From the IMG/VR virus record IMGVR_UViG_3300049811_000196, positions 64,001-82,566 of that record: a DNA stretch of 18,566 nucleotides; one strand, written 5' to 3'. Numbering within the stretch: position 1 is the first letter of the stretch; the number at the start of each line of letters is the position of its first letter. Made by a program: the position numbers and the translations under genes. The notes beneath the pieces are model-generated. The model was given only the letters and a program-made list of their open reading frames with translations. It was not told the DNA's origin and did not search any database. Source of the DNA: a virus (Duplodnaviria; Heunggongvirae; Uroviricota; Caudoviricetes). Positions 16,100-18,566 of this stretch are shown piece by piece.

Positions 16100-16107
16100 A
16101 TAAATAT
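16100..16107 (-). promoter_or_regulatory. ATATTTAT motif 4 nt upstream of ATG 16095
   Basis: Minus strand: AAAAT-ATATTTAT-TATT-ATG, in a 20-nt intergenic gap. Confidence 0.55.
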
Positions 16108-16115
16108 ATTTTTTT

Positions 16116-17021
16116 TTAATCAAACATTAAAGATTTAATTCTAAATATAGTTTCTTGAAGTTTATTATCTTCATTTGGTATATTGTTTACTACCTTTATG
16201 TTGTTTTTATTTAGAAAATTGGATAAATTGGATTTAGTATCCATTTCGAATTTTCTTCTTGTTCCTTCACCAGGTTTAATGTTTAAATTACTATCCCTCT
16301 GTTTTTTTATCCAATCATTTTCTTGTGATTTATATAAATCATTTGCGATTTGATTGAATTCGTCAGTTGAGATAAATTTTTGACCATTAACCTCTTTTGG
16401 TGTTATTCTATTTGGTAATTGCTTTGTGTAATCGGGTCTTTCGTCATCAGGAGAAACAGGCGGTTTTTCAATTGGTACCGGTTCTGGCAATTCCTGATCC
16501 GTTGGGGGTTCGGTTTCAGGTTCTCCTGTAATTTCTGGTTCTGGTTTAACTTCTGGTTCTGGTTTAACTTCTGGTTCTTTTTTGATATCTGGTTCTGGTT
16601 TATCTGTCCATACAGATTTAACAAGTGTTCTGACCATTGGACTTCCAGCCTTTTCATCATCTGGATTATATCCCGGTCTTTTTTCATTAAAAACTTCGTC
16701 TTCTAAAACCCTTATATTAGACATTCTATCAATCCTAAAAGTTCTCCAATTGGTTTCGTCAAATCCTTTTTTGGATACGGATGGTGGTTGAACATAAGCT
16801 CTGATTAAAACGTTTCCTTTTCTGCTTAATCCCATTGCAACCGCTTCAGCTCGTATCCTAACACCAGGTTTTACACTATCTTTTAAAGAATTTGTGTTTC
16901 CTTTATAATAAAAAGTAATTGGGTGTCTATTAGTTATAGCATTAACGAGAGACTTGTTCTTACGACCTTTCTCGATGTTTTGTTCGTTAATAATACCCTT
17001 TATTAATTCTTTAAATAACAT
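16116..17021 (-). CDS. WYL-domain protein without HTH; Pro/Glu-rich linker and unknown C-terminal domain
   Basis: AITNRHPITFYY...RAEAVAMG...VLIRAY...WRTFRIDRMSNIRVL matches WYL (AI..R..+.F.Y; R-x-FR-x-DR); then KPEPDIKKEPEVKPEPEVKPEPE...PP linker. Confidence 0.8.
   Translation of the reverse strand: MLFKELIKGIINEQNIEKGRKNKSLVNAITNRHPITFYYKGNTNSLKDSVKPGVRIRAEAVAMGLSRKGNVLIRAYVQPPSVSKKGFDETNWRTFRIDRMSNIRVLEDEVFNEKRPGYNPDDEKAGSPMVRTLVKSVWTDKPEPDIKKEPEVKPEPEVKPEPEITGEPETEPPTDQELPEPVPIEKPPVSPDDERPDYTKQLPNRITPKEVNGQKFISTDEFNQIANDLYKSQENDWIKKQRDSNLNIKPGEGTRRKFEMDTKSNLSNFLNKNNIKVVNNIPNEDNKLQETIFRIKSLMFD
16533..16578. repeat. 18-bp tandem repeat (TTCTGGTTCTGGTTTAAC x2.5) encoding PEVKPE repeats
   Basis: Units start at 16533, 16551 and 16569 (partial), with a degenerate copy near 16588-16602. 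Confidence 0.9.
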
Positions 17022-17398
17022 TAGAAATCAGGATAACCTTTATTTGAATTATATTTATTTCTCGCTACGGAATCAATTCTTACATTTATATCTGTATTTG
17101 ATCCGACACTATTATTTAATTCTCCTTTACCTCTTTCATCACCATCAGATAACGCGTTTTTATTTACTGATGAGTATTCGTTGTTCGGATCATAATAATT
17201 TCTACCGGTGTTATCTATCCTTGTTTGAATATCCACACTAGATCCAACATTACCTCCATTTTCTCCCTTACCTTTTTCATCACCATCAGATAATGCATTT
17301 TTGTTGGTGGAACTATAATTTCCTTCTTGGTTATAAGCATTTCTTGCAAGATGTTCTTGTCTATACTTATTTGCTAAAATTTCAAGTTGTGTTGCCAT
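17021..17398 (-). CDS. Hypothetical protein made of ~2.3 copies of a 47-aa repeat
   Basis: YSSTNKNALSDGDEKGKGE and YSSVNKNALSDGDERGKGE lie 47 aa apart; TAATG-coupled to the WYL gene. Confidence 0.85.
   Translation of the reverse strand: MATQLEILANKYRQEHLARNAYNQEGNYSSTNKNALSDGDEKGKGENGGNVGSSVDIQTRIDNTGRNYYDPNNEYSSVNKNALSDGDERGKGELNNSVGSNTDINVRIDSVARNKYNSNKGYPDF
17121..17302. repeat. Intragenic direct repeat, 141-bp period
   Basis: tctcctttacctctttcatcaccatcagataacgcgttttt at 17121 versus tctcccttacctttttcatcaccatcagataatgcattttt at 17262. Confidence 0.9.
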
Positions 17399-17399
17399 A

Positions 17400-17897
17400 T
17401 TAGTATAATATTAATTTTTTTATTTTATTTATTTCTTCATACAGTTTCATGTTTTTTAATGGTGAAACCGAAGTTTTATGTGAATTACTTTTTATAAGAT
17501 TTACAGGAATTTTAAAGCTAAATTTTTTCTCATGTTTTTTTATATAACTATTTTTTCTTTGTCCATCTATCGCACCAATCTCATCAGCCCTCTTTTTCGA
17601 TTGTTTCCTGTCTTTAATTAAATCACGTTCACCTTTAAGATATTGTTTCGACCAATCAAACATCAAATCTCCCCCGTATAAATCATACCTAACTCTATCA
17701 TTTATCTTATCTATATTTTGTAAATCGTGAATAATTCTTTTTAGTTGCCCATATTTTACCGTTTTGTCTGACAATAATTTTTTTGCTCTTTTAGAACCAT
17801 TTACATTTTTTCCCTCCAACCCCACTATCGTGTGATTTATTTTATCTAATATGTTTTGGGGTATTTTAAATACCCTACCTTTTAGTTCTTTATTCAT
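17400..17897 (-). CDS. Basic hypothetical phage protein with C-terminal KLYEEINKIKKLI motif
   Basis: 165 aa ORF; RAKKLL...LKRI...YDLYGGDLMFDW core. Confidence 0.8.
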   Translation of the reverse strand: MNKELKGRVFKIPQNILDKINHTIVGLEGKNVNGSKRAKKLLSDKTVKYGQLKRIIHDLQNIDKINDRVRYDLYGGDLMFDWSKQYLKGERDLIKDRKQSKKRADEIGAIDGQRKNSYIKKHEKKFSFKIPVNLIKSNSHKTSVSPLKNMKLYEEINKIKKLILY

Positions 17898-18564
17898 CCT
17901 CTTTAAAAAAATTAATTACATCCTCAAGAGATATGTCATTGTTTTTTAACGAATTCTTTAATGACATAAGTTGTCTTTTGACTATTGGATTAATTTCTCC
18001 TTTATCTTTATTGACAAAATCGTGGTTATTCGTTTTTTTTGACAAAATATTGTCAATATATTCTTCAATAAATTTTTTAGGGTTTTCAACTAACCTTACT
18101 TTTTCTTTTGGTAAATCTTCATCATATCCCATCTTTTCCAATCTTTCTTCGGTTTCGTCATCACTTAACCCCAGATCTTTTTTAAAATGATTTTTGGCTT
18201 GTTTAATATCCACATCTTTACCTAGTGTTTCATCATACCCCAATGACTTACTCATATCAGCCTCCGCCCAATATCTTAACGATGTGTGAGTACCATGAAC
18301 TCCATGTGTTCCCATACTACCGGCGGCGGTATTTACAACATCATCTGTCGTTTTTTTCTGAGTAATTCCTTTTGTATTAAAATCTGTTGGTTTTTTACTT
18401 CTCTTGATATTTCCTTTCTCATCTACAATTTCGTCAATGTCTTTTTCTACTTTTTCTGGAATTTTTTCAAAGTCAGTATCTTTAGAAAACTCATTTGCCC
18501 ACTTTTTCCATTTCTTTCTTTCTTTTTTGGGTAATGATTTATCTGAAGATTTCGCATAAAAAAA
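17890..18564 (-). CDS. Partial hypothetical protein (start lies beyond the right edge)
   Basis: The track calls 17890..18315, but the frame stays open to the window end: FFYAKSSDKSLPKKERKKWKKWANEFSKDTDFEKIPEKVEKDIDEIVDEKGNIKRSKKPTDFNTKGITQKKTTDDVVNTAAGS-MGTHG... Confidence 0.85.
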   Translation of the reverse strand, partial: FFYAKSSDKSLPKKERKKWKKWANEFSKDTDFEKIPEKVEKDIDEIVDEKGNIKRSKKPTDFNTKGITQKKTTDDVVNTAAGSMGTHGVHGTHTSLRYWAEADMSKSLGYDETLGKDVDIKQAKNHFKKDLGLSDDETEERLEKMGYDEDLPKEKVRLVENPKKFIEEYIDNILSKKTNNHDFVNKDKGEINPIVKRQLMSLKNSLKNNDISLEDVINFFKEDE

Positions 18565-18566
18565 CT

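Noticed and set aside
17250-17300. DGDEKGKGE as a canonical EF-hand
   Set aside because: Only positions 1, 3 and 6 fit; there are no flanking helices and no position-12 Glu. Kept only as a loose metal-binding possibility.
16533-17302. Repeats considered as a CRISPR array
   Set aside because: Both repeats are in-frame, intragenic and encode protein repeats; there are no unique spacers of constant length and no cas genes.
1622-18534. Short antisense or overlapping ORFs in the track (1622-1903, 4594-4809, 5286-5501, 6282-6713, 6866-7120, 8305-8613, 10149-10373, 11740-11931, 13911-14276, 14328-14516, 15695-15889, 15938-16138, 16403-16687, 16419-16706, 16582-16791, 16954-17241, 17933-18190, 18286-18534)
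   Set aside because: They lie wholly over longer genes with recognisable motifs. Their Phe/Leu/Ile/Ser-rich or repetitive composition is what the antisense or alternate frame of A-rich coding DNA produces.
1-18566. Stop-codon reassignment (TAG or TGA), as in some large phages
   Set aside because: Enzymes are full-length in code 11, and TGA clearly terminates genes (for example dut right after motif V). None of the stops I checked is TAG, so TAG usage could be checked genome-wide, but nothing here requires recoding.
1-18566. tRNA, rRNA, introns, inteins, IS elements
   Set aside because: Intergenic gaps are about 100 bp or less and almost pure A/T; conserved enzymes are uninterrupted and of normal length; no transposase motifs or terminal inverted repeats were seen.

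Overview
Gene-dense, strongly AT-rich (roughly 70-75% A+T by eye) segment that reads as part of a large T4-like/jumbo dsDNA bacteriophage genome in the standard genetic code (TAA/TGA stops, intact ORFs). A minus-strand backbone carries: putative virion/baseplate genes; a sigma70-family (gp55-like) sigma factor at the end of an operon with two glycosyltransferases and a degenerate HAD protein; PhoH; dUTPase; a third glycosyltransferase; and a right-hand operon of probable head-associated proteins that includes an HTH-less WYL-domain protein. Three plus-strand islands interrupt it: hypothetical protein plus dCMP deaminase, a free-standing PD-(D/E)xK endonuclease, and a SAM methyltransferase. Both edge genes are partial and are missed or truncated by the ORF track (1..447 and 17890..>18564). 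The most notable signals are: (i) an ATATTTAT octamer just upstream of many transcription-unit starts, four times exactly 4 nt before the ATG (candidate phage-sigma late promoter giving near-leaderless mRNAs); (ii) the WYL protein, which shares a terminal motif with a neighbouring gene; (iii) three glycosyltransferases, a methyltransferase and a pseudo-phosphatase clustered together. A Bacteroidota host is suggested but not proven. No tRNA, rRNA, CRISPR array or intrinsic terminator was seen. All family calls come from motif recognition by eye, not from database searches.
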